In this document: positions 18,301-27,014 of the stretch, in pieces
Numbering within the stretch: position 1 is the first letter of the stretch
Layout: each line of letters starts with the position of its first letter
Assembly: GCA_946639585.1 (NCBI GenBank)
Contig: CAMPBS010000001.1
Location: 8,210-72,209, forward strand
Length of the DNA stretch: 64,000 nucleotides
From: an uncultured Clostridium sp.
Lineage (GTDB): Bacteria; Bacillota; Clostridia; TANB77; CAG-508
Direction of reading: 5' to 3'
The notes under the pieces: model-generated
Told to the model about the DNA's origin: nothing
The model's input: only the letters and a program-made list of their open reading frames with translations
The model's database searches: none
Translations under genes and position numbers: made by a program

Positions 18301-20191
18301 TCCTCCACATATACCAGGTTGTGAGGAAGATATAAAAAATATTGCATATAAAAAAGCTTATGAAATGTATGGAAATCCATTGCCAGAAATAGTAGAAACA
18401 AGATTGGCAAAAGAGTTGGATTCAATTATAAGCAATGGATATTCCGTAATGTATATTATAGCGCAAAAACTAGTGTGGAAATCAAATGATGATGGCTATA
18501 TAGTAGGATCCAGAGGGTCTGTTGGTTCATCACTTGCTGCATTCATGACAGGTATAACAGAGGTTAATTCACTTCAACCACATTACAGATGTAAGAAATG
18601 TAAATATTCAGATTTTACAGATTACGGCTATCAAAATGGATTTGACTTACCAGATAAAGTTTGTCCAAATTGTGGAGAAATGTTAGTAAAAGATGGAATG
18701 GACATACCATTTGAAACATTCTTAGGATTCAATGGAGATAAAGAGCCGGATATAGACTTAAACTTCTCAGGAGAATATCAAGCAAAGGCACATAAATATA
18801 CAGAAGTAATATTTGGAAAAGGAACAACATTTAAAGCTGGAACAGTTGGTACAGTAGCCGAAAAAACAGCCTTTGGTTATGTTAAAAACTATTTTGAAGA
18901 AAGAGGAATACCAATAAATAAAGCAGAAATAGCAAGGCTTTCACAAGGATGTACAGGAATAAAAAGAACAACAGGTCAGCATCCTGGTGGAATTATAGTT
19001 GTACCAAAAGGTAGAGAAATATATGAATTTACACCAGTTCAGCATCCAGCGGATGACCCAAATTCAGATATTATAACAACACACTTTGATTATCACTCAA
19101 TAGATGCAAACCTTTTAAAGCTTGATATACTAGGTCACGACGATCCGACGGTAATTCGTATGTTACAAGACCTAACAGGAATTGCACCAACAGAAATTCC
19201 TTTAGATGATAAAGAAACAATGTCAATATTTAATTCAACAGAAGCGCTAGGTGTTACGCCAGAGCAAATACATTCAGAAGTTGGAACATATGGAATACCA
19301 GAATATGGAACAAAATTTGCAAGAGGGATGCTTTTAGATACAAAACCAACCACATTTGATGAATTGATTCGTCTATCTGGTTTATCACATGGTACAGACG
19401 TGTGGCTTGGAAATGCACAAACATTAATAGAACAAGGAGTAGTAACACTTCAAGAAGCAATATGCTGTCGTGATGATATAATGATATACCTAATCAAAAA
19501 AGGAGTACCACCAGATAAAGCATTCAAAATAATGGAAACAGTTCGTAAAGGAAAAGCGTTGAAAGATCCAGAAAAATGGGCAGGATTCAAGGAAATAATG
19601 AAAGAACATGATGTGCCAGATTGGTATATAAAATCTTGTGAAAAAATCAAGTACATGTTCCCAAAAGCTCATGCTGCCGCGTATGTTACAAACGCTTTCA
19701 GAATAGCATGGTTCAAGGTTCACATTCCACTTGCATATTATGCAGCATATTATTCAATAAGAGCAAAAGCATTTGATGCAGAATTTATGATATTTGGAAA
19801 AGAAAAAGTAAAAAACAAAATGAAAGAAATAGAAATAAAAAATCAAAAAAAAGAAGCAACAAATGCTGAATTAGATATGTATGACGACTTGGAAATAGTT
19901 CTAGAAATGTATGAACGTGGATTTGAATTTTTGCCAGTTGACATCTATGAATCAGATGCAACAAAGTTTAAAATACAAGATGGAAAATTAAGACCACCTC
20001 TAAATAGTATTCCAGGTTTTGGAACTGTTGCTGCTCAAGGAATTGTAAATGCTAGAAAAGATGGAAAATTCATGTCAATAGATGAATTAAAAATAAGAGC
20101 CAAAATTGGTGACTCTGGAGCAAATCTTCTTAAAGAATTTGGATGCTTAGAGGGGATGAGTCAAAGTAATCAAATGAGTCTTTTTGATTAA
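15365..20191 (+). CDS. polC: DNA polymerase III alpha subunit, Gram-positive PolC type
   Basis: 1608 aa with PHP (HMHTKMSQMD), a DnaQ-like exonuclease insert (YCVLDLETTGF...VAHNANFDVGF...HRALDD), a Zn finger (CKKCKY...CPNCG) and a polymerase core. TTG start with AAGGAG upstream. Confidence 0.95.
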   Translation: MAEKNKKIGEIFSDYKTNSNIKYAYVHGLQVNKKTNTLGIILGIDEYIEVKEIWFLEKFLMERFNFGNIDTRIKYTDNVEIKSIKDEWKNVICYMAHKYPLAKPMLLMNADIDVIDNKINVKMHIKGADFLRAKKSDKTLEMLIKNIMGKEYKIEITEELNQEAIRKLEEQARKAENNVVSKVLESLENAKREQEASKEMAFENAAANGADPNYMPPSDSDMPYMEGEGMPEDYMPPELQEYEHEQTLILGKATKAKENKVKIKEITPSDARITLEGRVSNVEKRLTKSEKVLLIFELFDGSGTITCKSFTIPDEAEGVIAKLEEANTVKLIGKANLDAYAGDVTVIANTIFQTNNDTIPKKEDVEEEETPLILGFNQNVGEKITKITDLGPEDGKVVLQGEVLNMEPRELKSGKTLLSFDLYDGTSTLTCKAFLTKDQAKKVPKRLKKAKGIKIEGNAGMDNFSGELSVMANTIIETEGLKKEIRMDNAPVKRVELHMHTKMSQMDAMTSAQDLIKRAMKWGMKSIAITDHGVVQSFPEAHKLLGVDNPDMKVIYGVEAYLAPDNTQNVYNSKGQGIDTTYCVLDLETTGFSAKTEKITEVGIMKVQNGEVIDEFSCFVNPEKHIPERVTEVTHITDEMVKDAETIDKVFPKILEFLGDTKNTVIVAHNANFDVGFLKQNAINLGLDFDYTYLDTLSLAKDLFPDYKTYRLGKIAERLGIKVEVAHRALDDVDTTVKVFNVMIDMLKEKGVKTVDDIDLMAADEETKKEEYKKLKTYHAIILAKDYVGLRNLYRLVSLSHLHYFYRKPRILKSLYKKYSEGLILGSACEAGELYQAIELGKTDDEIEEIANDYDYLEIQPIGNNNFLIRNGTVPDEEALRDINRKIVEIGDKLGKPVVATCDVHFMDPQDEIYRRILEAGQKYDDADNQAPLYLRTTEEMLEEFKYLGEEKAYEVVVTNTNKIADMIEQISPISPEKCPPHIPGCEEDIKNIAYKKAYEMYGNPLPEIVETRLAKELDSIISNGYSVMYIIAQKLVWKSNDDGYIVGSRGSVGSSLAAFMTGITEVNSLQPHYRCKKCKYSDFTDYGYQNGFDLPDKVCPNCGEMLVKDGMDIPFETFLGFNGDKEPDIDLNFSGEYQAKAHKYTEVIFGKGTTFKAGTVGTVAEKTAFGYVKNYFEERGIPINKAEIARLSQGCTGIKRTTGQHPGGIIVVPKGREIYEFTPVQHPADDPNSDIITTHFDYHSIDANLLKLDILGHDDPTVIRMLQDLTGIAPTEIPLDDKETMSIFNSTEALGVTPEQIHSEVGTYGIPEYGTKFARGMLLDTKPTTFDELIRLSGLSHGTDVWLGNAQTLIEQGVVTLQEAICCRDDIMIYLIKKGVPPDKAFKIMETVRKGKALKDPEKWAGFKEIMKEHDVPDWYIKSCEKIKYMFPKAHAAAYVTNAFRIAWFKVHIPLAYYAAYYSIRAKAFDAEFMIFGKEKVKNKMKEIEIKNQKKEATNAELDMYDDLEIVLEMYERGFEFLPVDIYESDATKFKIQDGKLRPPLNSIPGFGTVAAQGIVNARKDGKFMSIDELKIRAKIGDSGANLLKEFGCLEGMSQSNQMSLFD

Positions 20192-20237
20192 GTTGCGAAA
20201 TAATTGACGAATTTCGGCGTTGAAAGGAATAAAGAAA

Positions 20238-20519
20238 ATGAAAGAAATAATAATGAGTCAAAATTTTATACTATATTTAATAGTGATTAATTTAATAGGA
20301 TTTACAATAATGTTTATAGATAAAAACAAAGCCAAAAAAGGAAGTTGGAGAATACCAGAAAAAACTATCTTTATTGTGACCGCAATTGGTGGAGGAATAG
20401 GCACAATTGCTGGAATGTATAAGTTTAGACATAAAACAAAAAAGGGTATTTTTAAATATGGATTACCATTTTTACTAATCCTTGATATTGCTTTAATAAT
20501 TTCTATATGTTGTATGTAA
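20238..20519 (+). CDS. DUF1294-family small membrane protein
   Basis: KKGSWRIPEKTIFIVTAIGGGIGTIAGMYKFRHKTKK is the signature of DUF1294. Confidence 0.7.
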   Translation: MKEIIMSQNFILYLIVINLIGFTIMFIDKNKAKKGSWRIPEKTIFIVTAIGGGIGTIAGMYKFRHKTKKGIFKYGLPFLLILDIALIISICCM

Positions 20520-20532
20520 TTATTTTAAACCA

Positions 20533-20558
20533 AAAACCTCGACTTTGCCGAGGTTTTT
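20533..20558 (+). terminator. intrinsic terminator
   Basis: aaaacctcg-actttgc-cgaggtttt plus T residues. Confidence 0.8.
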
Positions 20559-20691
20559 AACTTTGTAACATAATTGTAAAAAAACAGAAAAGTACACATA
20601 ATAAAATTAAATAATACAAACAAAAAATAATATACAAATTGTAAACATACCGATTGTGTACAAAAGATGAACGATTTATGGCTATTTATAG

Positions 20692-20721
20692 TTATTCACA
20701 CACTTATCCACATTATCCACA
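20692..20721 (+). promoter_or_regulatory. cluster of three same-orientation DnaA boxes
   Basis: TTATTCACA (20692-20700, 1 mismatch), TTATCCACA (20704-20712) and TTATCCACA (20713-20721). The last two are perfect consensus boxes and abut directly. Confidence 0.7.
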
Positions 20722-20845
20722 TAAAGAATTCAGATACAATATCAACAACTGAAAACAACAAAAAGTAACATAATTAGAAATAAAAAATAGAATAATATGT
20801 CAAATTTATTACAAAAATGTAATATTATATATTAAGGTGATTATT

Positions 20846-21211
20846 ATGTTTAATAAAAAATGTTGTAAAAAAAATTATTGCCAATATAAAAAATATTGTA
20901 GAGAATGTTGTAATAGAAGTATGGAAAAATTTGATGTAACAATGGAACAGCTAAAACAAATGCAGGCTCAAGGAGCAATAGTATGCGATATAAGGAGTCC
21001 ACAAGAATACAATGAAGGACATTTGCCCGGAGCATTTTTAATTCCTGAATATGATATATTTAGAAATGCGGTTAAAATAATACCAAACAAACAACAGCCA
21101 ATCATTTTATATTGTGGAACAGGATCAAGAAGCTATACATCACTTAGAAAATTTCAAAGATTAGGCTATACAAATGTATATAACTTATATAAAGGAACTG
21201 AAAACTATTGA
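20846..21211 (+). CDS. single-domain rhodanese sulfurtransferase with a Cys/Lys-rich N-terminal extension
   Basis: Rhodanese core with active-site loop YCGTGSRS. AAGGTGA lies 5 nt upstream of ATG 20846. The N-terminus is MFNKKCCKKNYCQYKKYCRECCNRS. Confidence 0.75.
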   Translation: MFNKKCCKKNYCQYKKYCRECCNRSMEKFDVTMEQLKQMQAQGAIVCDIRSPQEYNEGHLPGAFLIPEYDIFRNAVKIIPNKQQPIILYCGTGSRSYTSLRKFQRLGYTNVYNLYKGTENY

Positions 21212-21236
21212 AATTTTTAATTATTTATTTAGCTAA

Positions 21237-21373
21237 AGACTAAGATGTATTGTTTTTGTTCTCACCCAACTGCATAAGAAAGCCTATATAAAAAAGTTCT
21301 CCAAAACTTTTTGTATAAGGCTTTCTAATTTGTCGGTCCCCACAGCGTTCACAAAAACAATATATCTTAGTCT
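21237..21373. repeat. nested palindrome: 23-bp AT-rich outer inverted repeat enclosing a GC-richer core with a long inner hairpin
   Basis: The outer arms are agactaagatgtattgtttttgt (21237-59) and acaaaaacaatatatcttagtct (21351-73), with 1 mismatch. The inner hairpin is gaaagcctatataaaaaagtt/aaaactttttgtataaggctttc (21278-21325). Confidence 0.8.
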
Positions 21374-21463
21374 ATTACTAATAAAAAATGCAGTGTAATC
21401 TTGCATTTTTATTATGTCTATAGTAAAATATAAAAGATAAAATAGAAATAAAAGGAAATAAAA

Positions 21464-23275
21464 ATGGAAGATAATCAAAAATTTATAAGAAATTTTAGCA
21501 TAATAGCTCATATTGACCATGGAAAGTCAACTTTAGCAGATAGGCTAATAGAAATGACAGGAGTACTTTCTAAAAGAGAGATGGAAAGCCAAGTGCTAGA
21601 TAATATGGACATAGAAAAAGAAAGAGGAATTACAATAAAATCTCAATCTGTTAGAATGAAGTATAAGGCCAAAGATGGACAAGAGTATACTTTGAATTTA
21701 ATAGATACTCCAGGTCATGTGGATTTTAACTATGAAGTTTCAAGAAGTTTGGCTGCATGTGATGGAGCGATTTTAGTAGTTGATAGCAGCCAAGGTGTAG
21801 AAGCTCAAACACTTGCAAATGTATATCTAGCAATAGATAATAACTTGGAAATATTGCCAGTAATAAACAAAATAGATTTACCAAATGCAAGACCAGATGA
21901 GGTTAAAAAAGAAATTGAAGATATAATTGGAATTCCTGCAGAAGATGCACCATGTGTTTCTGCAAAATCTGGATTAAACATGGAAGAAGTTCTAGAGAGA
22001 ATTGTAACAGACTTGCCTGCTCCAAAAAGAGATGTTAATGCAAAAACAAAATGCTTAATTTTCGATTCATACTATGATAACTACAAAGGTGCTCTTGCTT
22101 ATGTTAGAGTAATGGATGGAAGCATAAAAGTTGGGGACGAAATTAAACTAATGGCTGCAAATAAAGCCTTCACAGTTGCAGAAGTTGGCTACTTTGCACC
22201 TGGTTCTTACATGCCAGTAAATGAATTGAAGGCAGGAGAAGTTGGATATATTGCAGCAAGTATAAAAACACTACAAGATATACATGTTGGAGATACAATT
22301 ACATTAAAAGAAAATCCAGCCGACGAACCATTAAAAGGCTATAAAAAAGTAACACCAATGGTTTACTGTGGATTATATCCGGTAGATGGAAGTCAATACG
22401 AAGAATTAAAAGAAGCATTGGAAAAACTTCAATTAAATGATGCGGCCTTAGAATTTGAACAAGAAAGTTCAGTTGCTTTAGGCTTTGGATTTAGATGTGG
22501 ATTTTTAGGTCTTCTTCATCTAGAAATAATTGAAGAAAGACTAGATAGAGAATTTGATTTAGGACTAATCACAACAGCTCCATCAGTTATTTACAAAGTT
22601 CATAAAACAACAGGAGAAGTTGTTGAATTATACAATCCAGAAGACTTACCAACAGCACAAGAAATTTCATATATAGAAGAACCATTTGTAACAGCTAATA
22701 TCTTAACTCCAAAAGAATATGTTGGAAACATAATGGATTTGTGTCAAAGAAGACGTGGCATTTATATAGATATGAAATATCTAGATGAAAACAGAGTAAC
22801 AATTCAATATGATATGCCATTAAATGAAATAATATATGACTTTTTTGACAACCTAAAATCAAAAACAAAAGGATATGCTTCACTAGACTATGAATTTAAA
22901 GAATACAAAAAATCAAATCTTGTAAAATTAGATATTCATATAAACGGTGAGCCGGTAGATGCCTTATCTTTCATAGTTCACAAAGATAGCGCTTATGAAA
23001 GAGGAAAGAAAATGGTAGAAAAACTTAAAACAGTAATACCAAGAAAACTATTCAAAATACCAATTCAAGCAGCTATTGGTGGGCAAATAATAGCTAGAGA
23101 AACGATCTCAGCAATGAGAAAAGACGTACTTGCAAAATGCTATGGTGGAGATATAACAAGAAAGAAAAAATTATTAGAAAAACAAAAACGTGGAAAGAAA
23201 AAAATGCGTGAGATTGGAAACGTAGAAATACCACAAGAGGCATTTTTATCTGTACTAAAATTAGATGATGAATAA
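21464..23275 (+). CDS. lepA: translation elongation factor 4 (LepA)
   Basis: [33 protein letters not shown] and the LepA C-terminal domain. Confidence 0.95.
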   Translation: MEDNQKFIRNFSIIAHIDHGKSTLADRLIEMTGVLSKREMESQVLDNMDIEKERGITIKSQSVRMKYKAKDGQEYTLNLIDTPGHVDFNYEVSRSLAACDGAILVVDSSQGVEAQTLANVYLAIDNNLEILPVINKIDLPNARPDEVKKEIEDIIGIPAEDAPCVSAKSGLNMEEVLERIVTDLPAPKRDVNAKTKCLIFDSYYDNYKGALAYVRVMDGSIKVGDEIKLMAANKAFTVAEVGYFAPGSYMPVNELKAGEVGYIAASIKTLQDIHVGDTITLKENPADEPLKGYKKVTPMVYCGLYPVDGSQYEELKEALEKLQLNDAALEFEQESSVALGFGFRCGFLGLLHLEIIEERLDREFDLGLITTAPSVIYKVHKTTGEVVELYNPEDLPTAQEISYIEEPFVTANILTPKEYVGNIMDLCQRRRGIYIDMKYLDENRVTIQYDMPLNEIIYDFFDNLKSKTKGYASLDYEFKEYKKSNLVKLDIHINGEPVDALSFIVHKDSAYERGKKMVEKLKTVIPRKLFKIPIQAAIGGQIIARETISAMRKDVLAKCYGGDITRKKKLLEKQKRGKKKMREIGNVEIPQEAFLSVLKLDDE

Positions 23276-23330
23276 TAGCATATTTATATAAATATGTCAA
23301 TAAAATTTTAAAAATAAGGAGAAAGTCAAT

Positions 23331-24083
23331 ATGAATAATAAAGAAAGAAATTTTGATGATCAAGTTGAAGGAAGAAATGCTGTACTAGAATTATTGGAGA
23401 GTGGAAAAGACATTAACAAAATCTTTGTGGCTCGAGGAGAAAAACATGGTTCTATAAATAAAATCATTGCAATTGCAAAGGAAAGAAAAATAATTATAGT
23501 AGAAAAAGATAAAAGACAAATGGACCAAATGGCTCAAAACGAGAATTACCAAGGAGTAATTGCGATTGTACCACCTTTTGAATATTGTGAAATTGACGAT
23601 ATTTTAAGTGTAGCGAAAGAAAGAGGAGAAGAACCATTTGTACTAATTTTGGATAGTATAGAAGACCCACATAATTTGGGATCAATTATTAGAACAGCAG
23701 AAACAGCTGGCGTTCATGGAATTATAATTCCAAAACATAGAGCTGCATGTGTAAATAGCACAGTAAATAAGGTGTCAGCAGGGGCTGTTCAACACATGAA
23801 AATAGCTAGAGTAACAAATATTACATATGCTATGAATGAGCTAAAAGATAAAGGAATGTGGATTTGTGGCACAGATATTTCAACTACAAAATACTATTAC
23901 GAACAAGATTATAAAGGTTCAATAGGAATTGTAATTGGAAATGAAGGAAAAGGAATGAGTGATAAAGTTAAGAAAAATTGTGATTTCTTAGTAAAAATTC
24001 CAATGAAGGGAAAGGTTACTTCACTTAATGCTTCTGTTTCAGCAGGAATCGTAATCTATGAAGCGGTTAAGCAACGTATTTAA
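23331..24083 (+). CDS. rlmB: 23S rRNA (guanosine-2'-O-)-methyltransferase RlmB (SpoU/TrmH family)
   Basis: 250 aa with SpoU motifs DPHNLGSIIRTAE, GNEGKGM and SLNASVSAGI. Confidence 0.85.
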   Translation: MNNKERNFDDQVEGRNAVLELLESGKDINKIFVARGEKHGSINKIIAIAKERKIIIVEKDKRQMDQMAQNENYQGVIAIVPPFEYCEIDDILSVAKERGEEPFVLILDSIEDPHNLGSIIRTAETAGVHGIIIPKHRAACVNSTVNKVSAGAVQHMKIARVTNITYAMNELKDKGMWICGTDISTTKYYYEQDYKGSIGIVIGNEGKGMSDKVKKNCDFLVKIPMKGKVTSLNASVSAGIVIYEAVKQRI

Positions 24084-24118
24084 TGTATAGATATAAAGAA
24101 TAAATTATTTAAAAATAA

Positions 24119-24152
24119 AAAACGGTCAACTTTATGAAAGATGACCGTTTTT
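24119..24152. terminator. bidirectional intrinsic terminator (rlmB / Cys-rich peptide gene)
   Basis: aaaaacggtca-actttatgaaaga-tgaccgttttt flanked by an A-run and a T-run. Confidence 0.8.
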
Positions 24153-24170
24153 TATCTAGTATATAAAATC

Positions 24171-24428
24171 TTAATGTCTCTCGCATACATTACTGTTAAT
24201 AACACATACATTGCTGTCGATAGCAGCTACATGATCGTTTCGAACGACACCAGTAGGTTGCTGGCAAATTAAAGTGTCATTAGTAGCACAAACAGCATCA
24301 TTTGCAGCATAGTTAGAGTTTTGACAAAGTAGTTCATTTCCGTAGACACATTTTGAGTCATTTGAAACTTGTTCTGCATTGTTTTTAGAGACTATACTAG
24401 ATATGGCTTTTTTGAGTCTTACAAACAT
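24171..24428 (-). CDS. small Cys-rich repeat peptide with six (N/D)-x3-C motifs
   Basis: 85 aa with AGGAG 7 nt upstream of the ATG and its own terminator. After a K-rich N-terminus the sequence carries NDSKC, NELLC, NDAVC, DTLIC, DSNVC and NSNVC. Confidence 0.55.
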   Translation of the reverse strand: MFVRLKKAISSIVSKNNAEQVSNDSKCVYGNELLCQNSNYAANDAVCATNDTLICQQPTGVVRNDHVAAIDSNVCVINSNVCERH

Positions 24429-24624
24429 ATGTAATCTCCTAATGTATATTTTTGTTTAAGGTTACCCCTAAACTTTGCCGGTTATACCGACACCATCTAA
24501 AATATGTATATTATTAGATGGACTGACCATAATATAATTATACTACAAAATTATGTAAATGTAAATAATAGTGAATAAAATTCCCCACTTTCTACCATAA
24601 TATTGAAAGAAAGTGGTGATTTTT

Positions 24625-25563
24625 ATGTTTAATTTTAGAACAGATTTGGCTGTTGAAAGAAGAGATGTCTATAAAAAGGCCAATAATCTTGAAAATGAAA
24701 TAGATGGGATTGAGAGCGAAAAAGAAGAAGTAGATAAAAATCTAAAAATTGAAAGGGTTTTTATTACAAATGAAAATGGAGAAAAGTCGGTTAGAAAGCC
24801 AAGAGGAACATATGTAACAATTGATATTAAAAATTTGAAAATTGCAAGAGACGAAGAAATTCAAAAAGCTTCAGATGTTTTAACAAGCGAATTAAGTAAA
24901 ATTCTAGATAAACATGTAACGAGAAAAGAAGAAATGCTTGTTGTGGGGTTGGGAAATATTTATGCAACACCAGATAGTCTTGGCCCAAAGGTTATAAACG
25001 AGATAGATGTTACAAGACATCTAATTAAATATTTGCCTCAATATGTTGATGAAAATACAAGGAATGTATGTGCTATTGCTCCCGGTGTGTTAGGAACTAC
25101 AGGTATGGAAACATTAGAAATATTAAAAGGTATAGTCGAAAATGTAAAACCAAAAGTTGTGATAGTAATAGATAGTTTGGCATCAAGAAGTATAGAAAGA
25201 ATTAGTTCAAGTCTTCAAATATCAGATACAGGAATAGTTCCAGGGGCGGGAGTTGGAAATGCCAGGGCAGAGTTAAGTCAATCTACATTAGGAATTCCGG
25301 TAATAGCTTTAGGAATTCCTACAGTTGTTGAACTTGCAACTCTTGTATCAGATGGAATTGATATATTTATCAAAAATTTACAAGAAAAAGCTCAATCAAA
25401 TGATTATTTGAATAATTTACAACAAAATGATAAATACGAAGAAGTCAAAGAAGCTTTAAATATAGGTGATTACAATATGATAGTTACTCCCAAAGAAATA
25501 GATGATTTAATAGAAAACATGAAAGATATAGTGGCTAGAGGAATAAATCAAACAATTTCTTAA
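24625..25563 (+). CDS. gpr: spore germination protease GPR
   Basis: MFNFRTDLAVERRD..., GLGNIYATPDSLGP and IDSLASR are typical of GPR endopeptidase. Start at ATG 24625. Confidence 0.9.
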   Translation: MFNFRTDLAVERRDVYKKANNLENEIDGIESEKEEVDKNLKIERVFITNENGEKSVRKPRGTYVTIDIKNLKIARDEEIQKASDVLTSELSKILDKHVTRKEEMLVVGLGNIYATPDSLGPKVINEIDVTRHLIKYLPQYVDENTRNVCAIAPGVLGTTGMETLEILKGIVENVKPKVVIVIDSLASRSIERISSSLQISDTGIVPGAGVGNARAELSQSTLGIPVIALGIPTVVELATLVSDGIDIFIKNLQEKAQSNDYLNNLQQNDKYEEVKEALNIGDYNMIVTPKEIDDLIENMKDIVARGINQTIS

Positions 25564-25570
25564 AAATCAC

Positions 25571-25599
25571 TTGACAAATGTTGCAAAAAGTATTAAAAT
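25571..25599 (+). promoter_or_regulatory. sigma-A type promoter of the infC-rpmI-rplT operon
   Basis: TTGACA (25571-76), 17-nt spacer, TAAAAT (25594-99). Confidence 0.6.
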
Positions 25600-25743
25600 A
25601 GATTTTGTTACAAGAAGAAACTAATAGTTTCTCACCTTATCTCAAGGAAAAAGGTTAAACATATTTCAAATAGCAATATGCTATTACTATGTTTAATTGA
25701 CTTGTAACGAAGTCAATTTTTTTATTTTTTGGAGGTGTTTTTT
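25600..25743 (+). promoter_or_regulatory. infC operon leader with attenuator terminator (putative L20-responsive leader)
   Basis: Hairpin gaaac-taat-agtttc (about 25617-33) and terminator attgactt-gtaac-gaagtcaat (25696-25717) plus a T-run, immediately upstream of infC. Firmicutes use an L20-binding leader at this position. Confidence 0.5.
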
Positions 25744-26259
25744 ATAAAACAGGAATTACCAATTAATGGTCAAATTAGAGCAAAAGAAGTTCAATTGATA
25801 GGTGCACAAGGAGAAAAATTAGGAGTAGTTAGTTTCAAAGAAGCTATGGAAAAAGCTGAAGAAGCAAGTTTAGATTTAGTTTTAGTTGCACCAAATGCAA
25901 CACCAGTGGTTTGTAAAATAATGAACTATGGAAAATACAAATTTGAACAAGCTAAAAAAGAAAAAGAAGCTAAGAAAAAACAAAAAGTTCTTGAAGTAAA
26001 AGAATTAAGAGTTACTCCAAATATCGAAAAACATGATTTTGAATTTAAATGCAGAAATGCTAAAAAATTCTTAGAAGATGGAAATAAAGTTAAAATAACA
26101 GTTAGATTCAGAGGAAGAGAAGTAAATAATTCAAAAGCTGGAGAAGCGGTTTTAAATAACTTTATTGAACAACTAGCAGAAGTAAGCCAAGTAGAAAAGG
26201 CTCCAAAGCTAGAAGGAAGAAATATGTTTACAATACTAGCTAAAAAATCAGATAAATAA
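25744..26259 (+). CDS. infC: translation initiation factor IF-3, probable ATA (non-AUG) start
   Basis: (I)KQELPINGQIRAKEVQLIG... is the IF-3 N-terminus. GGAGGTG lies 6 nt upstream of ATA 25744. The track's TTG 25729 overlaps the RBS. Confidence 0.85.
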   Translation: MKQELPINGQIRAKEVQLIGAQGEKLGVVSFKEAMEKAEEASLDLVLVAPNATPVVCKIMNYGKYKFEQAKKEKEAKKKQKVLEVKELRVTPNIEKHDFEFKCRNAKKFLEDGNKVKITVRFRGREVNNSKAGEAVLNNFIEQLAEVSQVEKAPKLEGRNMFTILAKKSDK

Positions 26260-26301
26260 TCTGAAAAATATAAACAAAAATATGAAAGGAGCGAATCGCA
26301 A

Positions 26302-26505
26302 ATGCCAAAATTAAAAACAAATAAAGCAGCTAAAAAGAGATACTCTTTAACAGCTACTGGAAAAGTAAAAAGAACAAAATCAAACAGAAGACACTTATTA
26401 GCAAATAAAACAGCAAGACAAAGAAAATCTGGTAAAGTACAAAACGCTTACGCAGATAAAACATGTGAAAATACAATTAAAAAATTATTACCATATGGTA
26501 ACTAA
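26302..26505 (+). CDS. rpmI: 50S ribosomal protein L35
   Basis: MPKLKTNKAAKKRY...; basic, 67 aa, located between infC and rplT. Confidence 0.9.
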   Translation: MPKLKTNKAAKKRYSLTATGKVKRTKSNRRHLLANKTARQRKSGKVQNAYADKTCENTIKKLLPYGN

Positions 26506-26599
26506 AATTTTTACATGCTTTTTGGGACACTCCCTAAAAGCATATTTGTCAAAATGAAATATTAGAAATTAGAAAATAAATAAGGAAGGTGAAAATAAA

Positions 26600-26950
26600 A
26601 TGGCAAGAGTAAAAACAGCTAGAACAACAAGAGCAAGACATAAAAAAATATTAAAAAGAGCAAAAGGATATTATGGTGCAAAACACTATAGATTTAGAAA
26701 CGCAAACCAAGCAGTTATGAAATCTTTAAGATATGCATATGTTGGAAGAAAAGACAGAAAAAGCAATTTCAGAAAACTATGGATAACAAGAATTAACGCA
26801 GCTGCAAGAATGAATGGTTTAACATATAGCAAATTAATAGCTGGATTAAAGAAAGCAAATGTTACAATAAACAGAAAAATGTTAGCAGAAATCGCTGTAA
26901 CAGACGAAAAAGCTTTCACAGAAATCGCAGAAATCGCAAAAAAAGCATAA
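26600..26950 (+). CDS. rplT: 50S ribosomal protein L20
   Basis: [26 protein letters not shown]... Confidence 0.95.
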   Translation: MARVKTARTTRARHKKILKRAKGYYGAKHYRFRNANQAVMKSLRYAYVGRKDRKSNFRKLWITRINAAARMNGLTYSKLIAGLKKANVTINRKMLAEIAVTDEKAFTEIAEIAKKA

Positions 26951-27014
26951 TTAATATGCTTTTTTTTATTTTTGTAAACCTTGTTTTTTGGGACACTTCC
27001 CAAAGTGTACAAAG

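Noticed and set aside
20560-20845. Calling the DnaA-box region the chromosomal origin
   Set aside because: There is no dnaA, dnaN or rpmH nearby. Only three boxes lie within 30 bp, and I could not define a DUE or further boxes. It is more consistent with an accessory DnaA-box cluster, and whole-genome skew analysis is needed.
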